From a virus: a stretch of DNA of 64,000 nucleotides. Location of the stretch: the IMG/VR virus record IMGVR_UViG_3300010370_000034, positions 5,808-69,807 of that record. One strand, 5' to 3'. Positions 29,809 to 40,549 of this stretch are shown here, piece by piece. The stretch's first letter is position 1; every line of letters starts with the position of its first letter. A program made the translations under genes and the position numbers. The notes under the pieces were generated by a model, which had not been told where the DNA came from, made no database searches, and was given only the letters and a program-made list of their open reading frames with translations.

Positions 29809-30258
29809 ATAGTTGGGGATATCCACCCGCTCAACGGGACCCCACCCGATCTTATATGCTTTCCAGTTGCCATTCAAATCGTACAAATAGGCAAACTCTT
29901 CGCCGCCCATTTTACCAGAGACAAATTGATCAAAATCAGTATGATCAACCTCTAGACTTTCACCACGCTCTGTATGATACAACGGTTGTGCATCACGAGT
30001 GTGAGAATAAGACCAACTGCCAGCATCATCTTCGATGATTTTACCATTCTCATCCCGAAGAGCAGCACTTTCCCACGTATGAGTTGTGCGAAGAGATGAC
30101 ATTGAACCACCGTCAATAAGATCTTGAACATCTTCGCGGTTCTGATAATGCTCTACCAGAATCTTACCGTTGTGCTCTACATAACCATCCCAGTGGCAGT
30201 AAACACTCACCACAGAATGATCAGGGAGTTCATAACCGATGCGAGAACGAGTGCCCAT
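29794..30258 (-). CDS. Phage protein of the MGTR...YCHWDGY family
   Basis: MGTRSRIG...SVYCHWDGYVEHNGKIL..HY...EFAYLY; start reassigned to 30258. Confidence 0.75.
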   Translation of the reverse strand: MGTRSRIGYELPDHSVVSVYCHWDGYVEHNGKILVEHYQNREDVQDLIDGGSMSSLRTTHTWESAALRDENGKIIEDDAGSWSYSHTRDAQPLYHTERGESLEVDHTDFDQFVSGKMGGEEFAYLYDLNGNWKAYKIGWGPVERVDIPNYVTAA

Positions 30259-30548
30259 TGGAGTTGTGTGTCGGACCCCATTAATATTGCACAGATCCCA
30301 CCCCCTGGCAACCCCCAGTGGACAGTCCAATAAACTGGCACATCATCGGTTTTTTTCCGATCTTCTGTGCTATTTTATAAGGACAACCAGCGCCCTTAGG
30401 GGAACGGCAGAGGGGTATCTGCCTGATCAACACATCGACACCGAACCTGCAAACTTTTTTATAAAAAGTATACAAAAACATAAAAAGACCTTATGTGCCC
30501 CCACCTTGACACATAAGGCCCTTCTATGTTACATTGAGGAGTTACGCC

Positions 30549-30719
30549 TCACCAGATATCAGAATCCAGATCCTCAATATAAGCATCGCACCTCTCACCA
30601 GATTCAAGTTTAAACATCTTCTCCCAATTAATATTGTGAGGATCAAAATCACCCAGAACGTCGAGTTCCAGTGTGACGCGATAACGATGCTTACGGGCTT
30701 GATCGTAGATAGTTGTCAT
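30549..30719 (-). CDS. Small hypothetical protein, 56 aa, with its own TTGACA-17-TAAGAT promoter (30744-30772)
   Basis: MTTIYDQARKHRYRVTLELDVLGDFDPHNINWEKMFKLESGERCDAYIEDLDSDIW*. Confidence 0.65.
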   Translation of the reverse strand: MTTIYDQARKHRYRVTLELDVLGDFDPHNINWEKMFKLESGERCDAYIEDLDSDIW

Positions 30720-30855
30720 GAGAACTTTGTGCGAACTGTAGTAATCTTACCCCACACTCACCGTTGTGTCAATACCTTATAAGAATGTATTGATAACGAT
30801 GACTTATATATGACATAACGAGATCTTATATGATACTATATGTGGAATCGCGCAC

Positions 30856-30982
30856 ATCTCGTCGAGATTTCTGATTCTCAATAAGGATTTGTTATTGAGA
30901 ATAAACGCGCACGTCTCGTCGAGATCTTATGAGTCTTGATGCACGTCTCGTCGAGATTGTCAAGCGCCCGTCTAGTCGAGAT
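30856..30982. repeat. Four copies of the palindrome TCT(C/A)GTCGAGAT plus an 11-bp inverted repeat ATTCTCAATAA/TTATTGAGAAT
   Basis: Copies at 30856, 30913, 30945 and 30970; non-coding region. Confidence 0.85.
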
Positions 30983-31015
30983 TTGTGGGAATCCTTATAA
31001 TTTTTTTCGCGGGTC

Positions 31016-31044
31016 TTGACATTTTTTTGCGGTTGTGCTATAAT
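31016..31044 (+). promoter_or_regulatory. Perfect sigma70 consensus promoter on the plus strand with no downstream ORF
   Basis: TTGACA-17 nt (ending in TGC, an extended -10)-TATAAT. Confidence 0.8.
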
Positions 31045-31197
31045 GGGCGGTCTAAGATCACAAGGATCTGACACGATTATAAGGGATTCTCAACTCATTC
31101 TCAACACTATTCTCAATAAGTATTTGCAATTGAGAATCAAGAACAAAAACACACTTTTATATTTAAAAATACATTTATAAATGATTTTTAATTGATT

Positions 31198-31470
31198 TTA
31201 TGTAATAATCACTGGAATTTGATGATTTTCAGGCAATTTATAAATCTTTTGACCTTCTATCTTATAACTCCCTGGTGGTAGTCCTAATTGACCAGGAAGT
31301 GCCTTTGTATCATTTACAGTAATATCAATCACCTGATCATTTAATGGCGTAACTTTACGATATGCTCGATTTGCAGGATTCAATGCTACCATCATTTGTG
31401 CATCCTCTAGCAATGCACATTGACACACACTCTCTCCTGTATTCAGATTCACAACAACATAATAACTCAC
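31198..31470 (-). CDS. Hypothetical protein
   Basis: 90-aa ORF whose start overlaps the fabF-like stop codon. Confidence 0.6.
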   Translation of the reverse strand: MSYYVVVNLNTGESVCQCALLEDAQMMVALNPANRAYRKVTPLNDQVIDITVNDTKALPGQLGLPPGSYKIEGQKIYKLPENHQIPVIIT

Positions 31471-32645
31471 AATTTAACCTCAACAACTTGTGATGCACAC
31501 TTACCACCAAAACCAAATGAGTTATTCATTGTCCTTAGAACTTTTGATGCCTTGAAGCTACGCGGAGTCCTTATCAGTTGCTTTGATACATCATACTCTG
31601 CTTTTTGAAGATTATAACAATACGGCATCAGTTGATTCTTCATGGAGAGGATAGAGTAAATACATTCCAATACAGATGCAGCAGCAAGCGTATGACCAAT
31701 CTTTGACTTTGGTGCATAAATTGGCGTATCACTCAAATACTCTTGCAATACATTATATTCTACTTCATCACCAATCGGAGTGGATGTAGCATGTGCAGAA
31801 ATCACATCAATCGTATCAGGTTCAATGCCATCCAGTGCTTTATCCAGGGCAAGTTTTGCACCAATTCCATTCGTTGCAGGACTGGTCAAATCAAATGCAT
31901 CACTGGCACAACCAACTGGATATAACTTAGCATGTACAGTTGACTTATATTGTTGTACTTTGTCTTTTGATTGTAAAATTAAAATACCCGCGCCTTCTCC
32001 CATCACAAACCCTTCACGGTTCTCATCAAAAGGACAATTATGATTACCCAGTGCATTAATACCAGCGAAATACTTCAGTGCCATCTCAAATACACCAGCA
32101 TCCGCTCCACCCACTACAACATAATCATACTCATCCAAAATCCTCATCGCATAATCAATCGAATACATCCCAGTCGCACAACTTGCATACAGTGCCACTG
32201 ATGCCCCGTGAAACTTATAGTGACTCGTAATCTGTCCTACAATCATATCAGGAATACGATTCACAATCTTGAATGGATTCACTCTCTTATTCTCTTTGAA
32301 CTTCTGGAAGTTACCATCAAGGAACTCCACATCATTCGATACTGATGATACAATCACTGCAACATTGGATGAATGAGGTAGATTTGCCATCTTCAGTGCC
32401 TGCTCAGTTGCATGAAGTGCCATCTGTTGTGCCCGCGTCATGTTAGCGGTTATTTTCGGCGTAAACGCCTCGGGAAGTAGAATATCATGCAAACATGGAA
32501 TACCATACTGAATCTTATGCTCTCCCATAAAATCTAACTTCTGAACAGAATTGTATTCATTAATCAGATTCAAGAAGCAATCACCAGGATTATTTCCCAG
32601 TGCATCAATCATCCCATAACCTACAACATACGCAGGATTGACCAT
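31467..32645 (-). CDS. fabF: Beta-ketoacyl-[ACP] synthase II (FabF/FabB family)
   Basis: Catalytic Cys in ASCATG, His in HATST, His in KSKIGHT; PFDENREGFVMGEGAG; NSFGFGG. Confidence 0.9.
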   Translation of the reverse strand: MVNPAYVVGYGMIDALGNNPGDCFLNLINEYNSVQKLDFMGEHKIQYGIPCLHDILLPEAFTPKITANMTRAQQMALHATEQALKMANLPHSSNVAVIVSSVSNDVEFLDGNFQKFKENKRVNPFKIVNRIPDMIVGQITSHYKFHGASVALYASCATGMYSIDYAMRILDEYDYVVVGGADAGVFEMALKYFAGINALGNHNCPFDENREGFVMGEGAGILILQSKDKVQQYKSTVHAKLYPVGCASDAFDLTSPATNGIGAKLALDKALDGIEPDTIDVISAHATSTPIGDEVEYNVLQEYLSDTPIYAPKSKIGHTLAAASVLECIYSILSMKNQLMPYCYNLQKAEYDVSKQLIRTPRSFKASKVLRTMNNSFGFGGKCASQVVEVKL

Positions 32646-32653
32646 AATCTGTA

Positions 32654-34218
32654 CTAACCTCCAAATCCCTTGACTGGTTTCTTCTTCTCTATTCTATCAA
32701 GAACTTCTACATGTGACAACCCATCAGATTGCATCCATACCTGATACACTTCCATATAATCCTCTACAATAATACGCTCACCCTGATTGGATACAATCGC
32801 ATAACGATGTTTGTCATACGGTGCATCTGATGTACCAGTGAAGTTCCTCAATTTCATTTACCTGTGTAATGGGTTAGTTTGTACTTTGGATTGTATCTTA
32901 CAATATACTTCTCTGCATGTTCTTGACATTCAAACCAACATGTTCTCTTCTCATCCAAATTATCAATTCTCCATAAAAAAGAGTGCCACGGGAATAATTC
33001 CTTATCCCGTGACTTTGTAATCTTAATCGGTGTCTCTTTAATCTTCTTCATCAATCAATCGTTGTGGTCCTTGAATAACATAGTTTGCAATCATCGACAA
33101 AACAATCATAACACCGTAATAGGTTAAGAATGTCATTCTTCAATAAAACGTTGTGCCCAGAGTTTGTAGGATTTGTCACGCACACGCTTCAACAACAGTG
33201 TACGCTCGTTGTCATCAATGCTCAATTCCATTGCAGCATCCAGGAAGTGATTCAATGCAACATTAATCATTTCCTGTTCCTCTGCATTAACACAGAGATT
33301 CATTTCAGATTCAATCATTCGACTTTACAATCAGGGTGGAAGGTTTTAAGTTCAGCACAAGTGCGTTCCTTTGCATTCATTCTATCATACCCCTCAAACA
33401 TCTTTTTGTCACGTTGAATGATCAGTACATTCCACCCAACAATAACAAACAGACCAAGAACAATGTAACTGATGTTTTTAGATGTCATGTTGGTCATCAG
33501 AATGGTGAATCATGTACTCAAGATCACTATGTCCCCACGGTGGCATACAATCATCAACCCAATCATCATTCATGGGACGATATTGAGTGTTGTAAGGACT
33601 GTTGAAGAAGCGACGGAAAGCAACAACAACAATAAGCAACGTCGAAGCAACACCAACCAAACCAATGTAGGTAATAGCATTGCCAGAGAAGGAATAAGTG
33701 TCAGGACTCATTGTTCAGTAAATTGCATGTGAGGTTTGTTGTCAATCATATGATCAAGAATCATACCAATCTTTTGTCGGTAAGTCTCATCATAATTCTT
33801 ACTACAATGCTCATAGGCATCGTAGAGTTTGACGTAGAGATCATCCCAATACTGTTTGTTAATCATTTGATGTCACCTTCAGCAATCAGACCCATAATCT
33901 CACGGGCAGTGGCAGCAAAGTTGATGTGATCCTCAAGACCTTCAACAGAATAAATGTTGAAGAGGTCAGACTCTTTGTAAGTATCCAGAATCAGAGCACA
34001 TGCATCGTACAAAGAAGCAACGTGATGTGCTCTGGATGGGAAGGAGAGTGTCATGGGGTGATCCCTTGATTACCTTGTAATTATAGAGTGCCTCAGAACT
34101 CCCGCAGAAGTTCTTGTGGCAGTTCCTCAACTGGCCACTGCTCCTCCAGGAGTGCATCCAGTTCCATGTCAGTCTCCAGATAGGAAGACAGTTGATATTC
34201 GTTGTAATCGTAATCCAT
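32654..34218 (-). other. Array of small hypothetical early ORFs (60-77 aa)
   Basis: Overlapping ATGA-type junctions, e.g. 32854/32857 and 33315/33318. Confidence 0.6.
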
Positions 34219-34225
34219 GGTAAGT

Positions 34226-34675
34226 TCAGTCCTCAATGTTGAATCGGGTGTAACCAATAGAGTCATTGTAACTCTTGAGCAACTCTTTAAGAGTTTTACC
34301 AGTGCGGTCAAACGATTTTACAATCGTATTGTTCTTCGTGTCAAGGAAGACAATTTGACCATGCAATCCCATCGCAGATGCAATCGGATTCTTACGGAAC
34401 TGTTGCATACCTTTGGCAGCAACACGACGATCAAATACCTTGATTTGACCATCTTCACCATAGGATGCCAGATACTCCTGCAGAACAGGAAGAATCTCTT
34501 CTTCAATGAACGGAATACGCTCATTCTGCTTCTGTTCTGCCTCAATGGCATCTTCAATCAGTTTTTTACCCTGACGAAACAGAATACGATCCTCACGGTC
34601 AAGATTGGACAAACCAAATGCTTTGACATAGGTGAGATTGTCCTCGTAGAAGGCAATCGCAGCGGAGTTGGACAT
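34226..34675 (-). CDS. Hypothetical protein after the early promoter at 34700-34759
   Basis: Start reassigned to MSNSAAIAF at 34675. Confidence 0.65.
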   Translation of the reverse strand: MSNSAAIAFYEDNLTYVKAFGLSNLDREDRILFRQGKKLIEDAIEAEQKQNERIPFIEEEILPVLQEYLASYGEDGQIKVFDRRVAAKGMQQFRKNPIASAMGLHGQIVFLDTKNNTIVKSFDRTGKTLKELLKSYNDSIGYTRFNIED

Positions 34676-34976
34676 GCAGTATTTGTTGACTACCCCCATA
34701 TTATAAAGGGCACCCTAGCGAACCAGAGTGCCCAGTGTGCCAGATGTTGAGGTGTCTACTTCTTCTCTGGTTTTGCCGCTGCTGGTGCAACATAAGGAAC
34801 CTTACCAGTCTCGTTGTAATTAATAATATCGTATTTGAACTTACATTCCAATGGTTTTTGATTACATAACTTCAGTGCATCATTATATGATGACTGACTG
34901 TAAAAACCACCACCAGTAATAAATCCAAGCACAGCAGTCAGAATAAAACTTGGATACAAAACAATGTCTTTCATAA

Positions 34977-35363
34977 TCAATCCCATGATACGTTTTGAAG
35001 TAAGAACCCAGGCATCACATATGTCCATGCACCTGCTTCTTGATTACCACCAACCTTATACTCCCATTTGTACTCATATTTGTTATGACTATCCCAAGTC
35101 ATATACCCCTTCTCTTTATCAAATCGACCTTTAATAGTCAGACCGTATTTGTTAGAGAAGATGTTACGAGTGCGAAGAGCACCACCAGTCTCACGGGTTT
35201 CTACAACTTTGCAAGTGTCATAATATGTTTGAAGTCCTGACTCCAATGCACAAGGAGTTTCATATACAAAAGGACGATACGTTTTTGGTTTTGGTGGTGC
35301 CGTCTGTGCAAATGCAGGCGCAGCAATCAGAATGGCAGAGATCGCAAGAAGTTGTTTAATCAT
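34977..35363 (-). CDS. Putative exported protein with a signal peptide
   Basis: MIKQLLAISAILIAAPAFA-Q signal sequence. Confidence 0.65.
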   Translation of the reverse strand: MIKQLLAISAILIAAPAFAQTAPPKPKTYRPFVYETPCALESGLQTYYDTCKVVETRETGGALRTRNIFSNKYGLTIKGRFDKEKGYMTWDSHNKYEYKWEYKVGGNQEAGAWTYVMPGFLLQNVSWD

Positions 35364-35559
35364 GAATCTTTTTTGAGTAAATTGTGATAGTGCAATACTT
35401 CTGGGTTTTCTAAGTCCTTACACCGTGGATAGAATACACCGTCTCGATAACAAGACTTCTCTGGTTCATAATAAACCTGAGCTGGTTTAGAATAATCTCT
35501 CTCACAAATGTAAGTTCCATTCATGCACAACTGTAGTAAAGTGAATAGTGCAGAATACA

Positions 35560-35868
35560 TTATACCACAACCCTCCAACAAACAACAGCATTACCTTTGG
35601 ATGTTGAAGCAATGTGAGCAAATGCAGCGTAAGATAGATCTAGGTCCGCATGAGAATAAGGACCACGATCATTTACTCGCACAATCACTTGTTTTCCGTT
35701 ATCCTGATTGGTAACACGGATCTTAGTACCCATTGGCAAATACGGATGGGCAGCAGTCCATCTATAAGCATTGAATACTTCACCGTTAGCAGTGAGATTA
35801 CCATGAAATCCATCACCAATTCCATAGAAAGTTGCAATTCCACAAGCAAGACCAGCAATGATTGACAT
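35560..35868 (-). CDS. rlpA: RlpA-like double-psi beta-barrel protein (lytic transglycosylase family)
   Basis: TANGEVFN..TAAHPYLPMGT.IRVTN..NGK.VIVRVNDRGP...DLSYAAF; the -10 at 35891 implies a start at 35868. Confidence 0.85.
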   Translation of the reverse strand: MSIIAGLACGIATFYGIGDGFHGNLTANGEVFNAYRWTAAHPYLPMGTKIRVTNQDNGKQVIVRVNDRGPYSHADLDLSYAAFAHIASTSKGNAVVCWRVVV

Positions 35869-36153
35869 GTTTGGTGAATAAGGCATAGTCATTATAACTT
35901 CACCAGAGGTGCCTCTGTGCCCCTGTGTGCCACTTATTTTAGTGTCTACTATAGATTCTCCAGTTCTTCTGCTATTTTGAACATCTCTTGAGCAGTCTTA
36001 AGATTCATTTGCGGACATTCATCAATTAGTGTCCTGACAAATCCTGCCAATGCCTTTGTACCAATTTTATCTCTTTTATCATGAGTGGTTCTGAGCAGAA
36101 TATTCATGGTTCTTAAATACTCTTGCTCTAATCTCTTTGCTCTTGTTGACATC

Positions 36154-37293
36154 TTAACTAACAATCGTAAATGAACGTTGATCTGGATTCTCTAAACCTA
36201 TGTAGTGTGGTTTATCAAACAGAAGAGCAGCAATATCTCTTGTTTGATCATATCCATCAAGATCGATCTTAATGGCACCTAATCCAATCTCTGCAAATGC
36301 ATTTCTAGTATCTTCATCATGACCTTGCATCCAATACTTAGGATAAATTGCCTTTTTAGTATTTGATAACTCAGTCCCCCACATGCCAAATGAACTATTT
36401 GCCATAATATGATAATCACACATAGACATCAAACAAAGTTCAAATGAGTAATTATAAAGATTCTTTGAAATCTTTTGCTTATATAATGGATGCAACTCTT
36501 TAGCAAGTTTCACCATCTCCTGATTCAGTTCTTCTTGTGTTGGTGTCAATGGAATAAGATTCTCATAAGCATGTTTTGCTAATGCTGCTTTATAATCAAA
36601 TCTACATTCTCCAGAAGCATCAACCAACCGATCTAATTCTTGCCCAACATCACAATTAATTAATTCATTATTATTGAATACATCAAGAACAAACGTAAAT
36701 CTCTCAGGATTACTAGCAGTAAGTTCATGATTATTTAAAATATAATCTTTGACATTGCAAAAGATAAGAACAGGGATGTCCTTAGGCATTAACTCCAATG
36801 CTTGCTTGTAGTAGTCATTATCAATCAAGAACATTCCCGATTTAATATCTTCAAAATCACCTCTACGAAGGTGCATTGAAATTACTTCCTGACCATCAAA
36901 TTGAGACATAAACTCCTGACACTTCTCAACAATTTCTGGTCTAAAGTGAAGTTCCTCTTTAATAGACTCAAAATTATTTGGATCAACAAAATTTTTAACT
37001 GTGGGGTAACCATGCAGTTCAGTGTTATCTTGAACCATTAAAACAAGTTCTTCAAAGGAGACATCATCCAAAAATTCTACTGGAGTTAAATCAGAATCTA
37101 TCTCATCTTTAATGCTATTGAATTGTAAATTTGTAAAAGTATTTCTAAGTGCCTTTAATTCATCTGTATTGATTGTATAAGTATATCCTGTCCTATTTGC
37201 AATAGAACGCATCAATACATATGAAGATATTTGATATCCTAAACCAGATCCAGTAAGAGAATATTCTTGATGATATTTAATCATATCGCACAA
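36154..37293 (-). CDS. Alpha-1,2-fucosyltransferase-like glycosyltransferase (GT11)
   Basis: GLGYQ, ISMHLRRGDF, YYKQA and LMSMCDYHIMANSSFGMWG; TAAATA upstream. Confidence 0.8.
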   Translation of the reverse strand: MCDMIKYHQEYSLTGSGLGYQISSYVLMRSIANRTGYTYTINTDELKALRNTFTNLQFNSIKDEIDSDLTPVEFLDDVSFEELVLMVQDNTELHGYPTVKNFVDPNNFESIKEELHFRPEIVEKCQEFMSQFDGQEVISMHLRRGDFEDIKSGMFLIDNDYYKQALELMPKDIPVLIFCNVKDYILNNHELTASNPERFTFVLDVFNNNELINCDVGQELDRLVDASGECRFDYKAALAKHAYENLIPLTPTQEELNQEMVKLAKELHPLYKQKISKNLYNYSFELCLMSMCDYHIMANSSFGMWGTELSNTKKAIYPKYWMQGHDEDTRNAFAEIGLGAIKIDLDGYDQTRDIAALLFDKPHYIGLENPDQRSFTIVS

Positions 37294-37311
37294 AATGTCC
37301 AGTGTTATTAT

Positions 37312-38100
37312 TTAGAAATATATCTCCCAAACCCCGTTACATTTGACACCATGACCCTGTAGTGTGATTCTACGATCATTTAACGACAAATTATACGCAG
37401 GAGCAATCTGATGCTGAAGTGGTCCGATAAAATAAAACATTTTACCAGGGATGTAAGGAATCACTGTTGGTGTGCCATATGCACCGTATTCAAGAGATTT
37501 TATTGCTTTTGTGTATTCGTCATTAACTTCATAACACTTTAAAGATTCCTCATTCCAAGTGTTAAGACCAGCACCAGTCTTTGGAACATCTATACACAGA
37601 GTAAAAGACAAACAATTATCAAGATCTACCTCACTGTATTGACTCCACACTGATTGATGCTTCTCTTGTTGAAGATCTATATGAATAGTCGCACTTGGAC
37701 GCTCCATGTATTCTTTTGTTGCTGCTTTAGGTTCTTGCCCTGGTTTACATCCGAAGATATGAAATCCAGGATATGCAAGAGATTCATTCAATCGACAAGG
37801 ACCAATCTCATAATAAATGTGGTAAATTACATGATCATACAACCAACCAAAGAACTCTTTTAAAACGGGATTTGTTTGCATTGACATCATGGTATACATT
37901 TGAGTGTTTACCATGCAATCAATATATGTTGCAGGACCCAATGTATAAAAATCCACTGGATTCTCTTGATCTGGAGAGAATCCAGTGTTAGAACAATAAA
38001 TTCCTCGCGGAATCCACCACTCTTTCAACATATCAATTCTTTTTAATGTAGAGTCAATACACTCTTGATCCAATACATCTAAGTATCCTGCGGTTATCAT
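37312..38100 (-). CDS. 2OG-Fe(II) oxygenase-like (DSBH) protein
   Basis: HID...SFTL...HQIAP...RITLQGH. Confidence 0.65.
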   Translation of the reverse strand: MITAGYLDVLDQECIDSTLKRIDMLKEWWIPRGIYCSNTGFSPDQENPVDFYTLGPATYIDCMVNTQMYTMMSMQTNPVLKEFFGWLYDHVIYHIYYEIGPCRLNESLAYPGFHIFGCKPGQEPKAATKEYMERPSATIHIDLQQEKHQSVWSQYSEVDLDNCLSFTLCIDVPKTGAGLNTWNEESLKCYEVNDEYTKAIKSLEYGAYGTPTVIPYIPGKMFYFIGPLQHQIAPAYNLSLNDRRITLQGHGVKCNGVWEIYF

Positions 38101-39409
38101 TCAAATTCTCCTGGTCTTTGATTCTTGATTAAAAGATTTGGTATAATGGGTTCTTCCATCCTTATTTCAACATAAACATTAGTCTCATCGTTCCAGTGTC
38201 TTATGACTCCCGCGACAATGCAAATATTAGTAATGAGATAAGTGAGGAATATAACAGTGCGTATATTAGCAATGTAGTCTGATTCTTTGTCATCATTGGA
38301 TGCTTTCTCCCCTAATGCCTTCGCCCACAGTCTCCAAATCTTCATAAACAGAGTCTCTTGATGTGATGTACTTTAATTCCTTCCACTGATCTGCATAACA
38401 CAAAACAAGTAATCTATCATTGGCATGAATAGAACATGCTTTATAGTTAGCACTATTCTTGGGGCGGACAGATGCCTCAATTGTGATATACTCTCTGTCC
38501 TTAAAGTAAACCCAACCTTCTACACCCTTTGTCCATTCGACATAATCGTTTACTTCTGGTTCATACATCGGTCAAATCATTGATAAACAACCAATCATCT
38601 GGTTCTTCACCGTCAACAACAAACTCACAATGAAGAGCATCTGCATCATCAATGTTATAATCATCAACCAATTGACTCATGCGATCCATGAAGAATTCCT
38701 CACAGTGAGTGATGCACCGTTCATGCATCAGATCTGACTTGATACTCATTTAAAAACTCCTGAATTTGGGTCATTTCCTTCAGGATGCATTCTAGTTTGG
38801 ATTCCAGATATGTCAACCTGTGCTGCTGAGCAGCGATGAAGTCTGGGTCTTTGATCATGATCATGTGGTAAACTGCTCCACTACACAGGAATCAACATCT
38901 TCAGCGATGGCATAAACACGAGCATTCATAACATTCTCTCGCAGGTCACTATAATACTGCTCATAGAAATTACTGTCATCTTCAGCAGCGATGAGATCAA
39001 AACATTCATCATCATCCTCTGCAATTACATTCCACAATCCACCATACTCAGATGAAGGGAAGGGGATGTAGTGATCAACGATGTAAAAATACTTTTGTGC
39101 CATTGTTGTAAGTAAAGAACTCCTTAATTGTAGAAGAAAAGAATCAGTGTGTCAAGCAGCAAATGCTGCATTACACTGTTCGCACCACTCATTGTAAGCA
39201 TCCAGGCAGTCGTGCTCCATGGCATCGACTTGCTCCCACGTTAGAGGAGACTCTTCCAGGGTGAGCAGCATATCGGTCCTGGGACATACCCACAGACCAG
39301 AAGCGTAGAGTTTGAGGTGGTCTTGAATGGAAGTCATGGTTGAATACCTGTTTGGTACATACTCATTATAGGGGTGGTATCACCCCTATGCGGGGTGGTA
39401 GTGTGCCAG

Positions 39410-39850
39410 CTAGAGACCTGTCCACACTCTACCACTGTCGCACATGAATGTGAGTAGATACTTCTCCTCATTCTCATGCGCTTCTACCTCATGTGGTTGA
39501 TCAGAATAATCCATCTCCTCCACATTGATACCTCTATAAATTCTATTTCCCCTATTCAATCGCATTGTACCATCAATCCATTGCTTCACATGAATCAATT
39601 CATGCAGCAGAGTTAATGCATACAGTCTTTTATCCATATTGGACTGCAACTCAAGTAAAAAGGTGCGTGGATAGCGTTCTCCACCCATAATATCACAATA
39701 TCCATATGCACCTTCTCTCTTCATACCACGATGACTCACGGTAATGTCAATCTTATGGCGAGGATAGAACTTGGTGATAAACCAGATTAAAATGTCCTCA
39801 CATAGCTTTTTATGGGCACCGTACCCATTGATTTCATAGTAAAACATCAA
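39410..39850 (-). CDS. Zincin-like metallopeptidase
   Basis: TLLHELIHVKQW (HExxH) and a downstream PHEVEA. Confidence 0.75.
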   Translation of the reverse strand: MMFYYEINGYGAHKKLCEDILIWFITKFYPRHKIDITVSHRGMKREGAYGYCDIMGGERYPRTFLLELQSNMDKRLYALTLLHELIHVKQWIDGTMRLNRGNRIYRGINVEEMDYSDQPHEVEAHENEEKYLLTFMCDSGRVWTGL

Positions 39851-40019
39851 AAATCACCTGTGCGAGACGTGTTCCCCAGTGCAAGAACCAAATAAATGAT
39901 CCAACAAAGATAAGTTTATCAGTCTTTGTCATGTTTTTGTTCATCAAGGTAATTAAAGAAGGGGGAGAACAACACAAACCCTCCCCATGCAAATCCTGCT
40001 AAGATGATCAGTGCATAGA

Positions 40020-40469
40020 TCATCGAGCGTACAGGTAACCACCTGCCCAATCACAGTTGGCAAGAACCTGATTGCGCTGCTCAATGATACGCAGATCATA
40101 GCGCACACCCTTGGCAGGAGACTTCCAGGATGCAGACTTGTAGAGTTCACCAGTCTTGCGATCCACAAACGCATGAACAGAGCGACCACCGCCACCATCA
40201 ATCATAATGATCTTGTGGTACTTCTTACCACTCTCAATCACATAATCAATGTCAGTCTTACCAGACTTGAGTTCATCAATTTTACGTTGATGATACTCAT
40301 GCGTGTCGGCATCAGTGCCAACAAACTTTTGATGACCACGGATAGCATAATCGCGGTAGTTGTCCTTGAGAGCATCAATCAACATGTAGCACCACTTGGT
40401 CACGTTCAGTTGGATAGTGTTGCGGGCATCCTGCTGAGCAACGTACTGTTCAAAGGTGGAAGCAGTCAT
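40020..40469 (-). CDS. Conserved phage hypothetical protein (paralog of 47399-47887)
   Basis: SVHAFVDRKTGELYKSASWKSPAKGVRY..DWAGGYLY. Confidence 0.75.
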   Translation of the reverse strand: MTASTFEQYVAQQDARNTIQLNVTKWCYMLIDALKDNYRDYAIRGHQKFVGTDADTHEYHQRKIDELKSGKTDIDYVIESGKKYHKIIMIDGGGGRSVHAFVDRKTGELYKSASWKSPAKGVRYDLRIIEQRNQVLANCDWAGGYLYAR

Positions 40470-40549
40470 GAGAGGTGTTTGTTTGAACTGAAGTCAGTAT
40501 AAAGCAAAAAACCACCCCAGAGGGGGTGGTGTGGACAGTCTTCAAAGTG

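Noticed and set aside
30874-31137. Fur boxes (ATTCTCAAT half-sites)
   Set aside because: The half-sites are direct repeats or inverted in the wrong order and spacing for a TGAGAAT-N-ATTCTCA 7-1-7 box; kept only as iteron-like repeats.
24815-31200. tRNA genes among the GC-rich hairpins
   Set aside because: No cloverleaf with a T-loop GTTCRA and acceptor stem could be built; the hairpins fit promoter and terminator modules.
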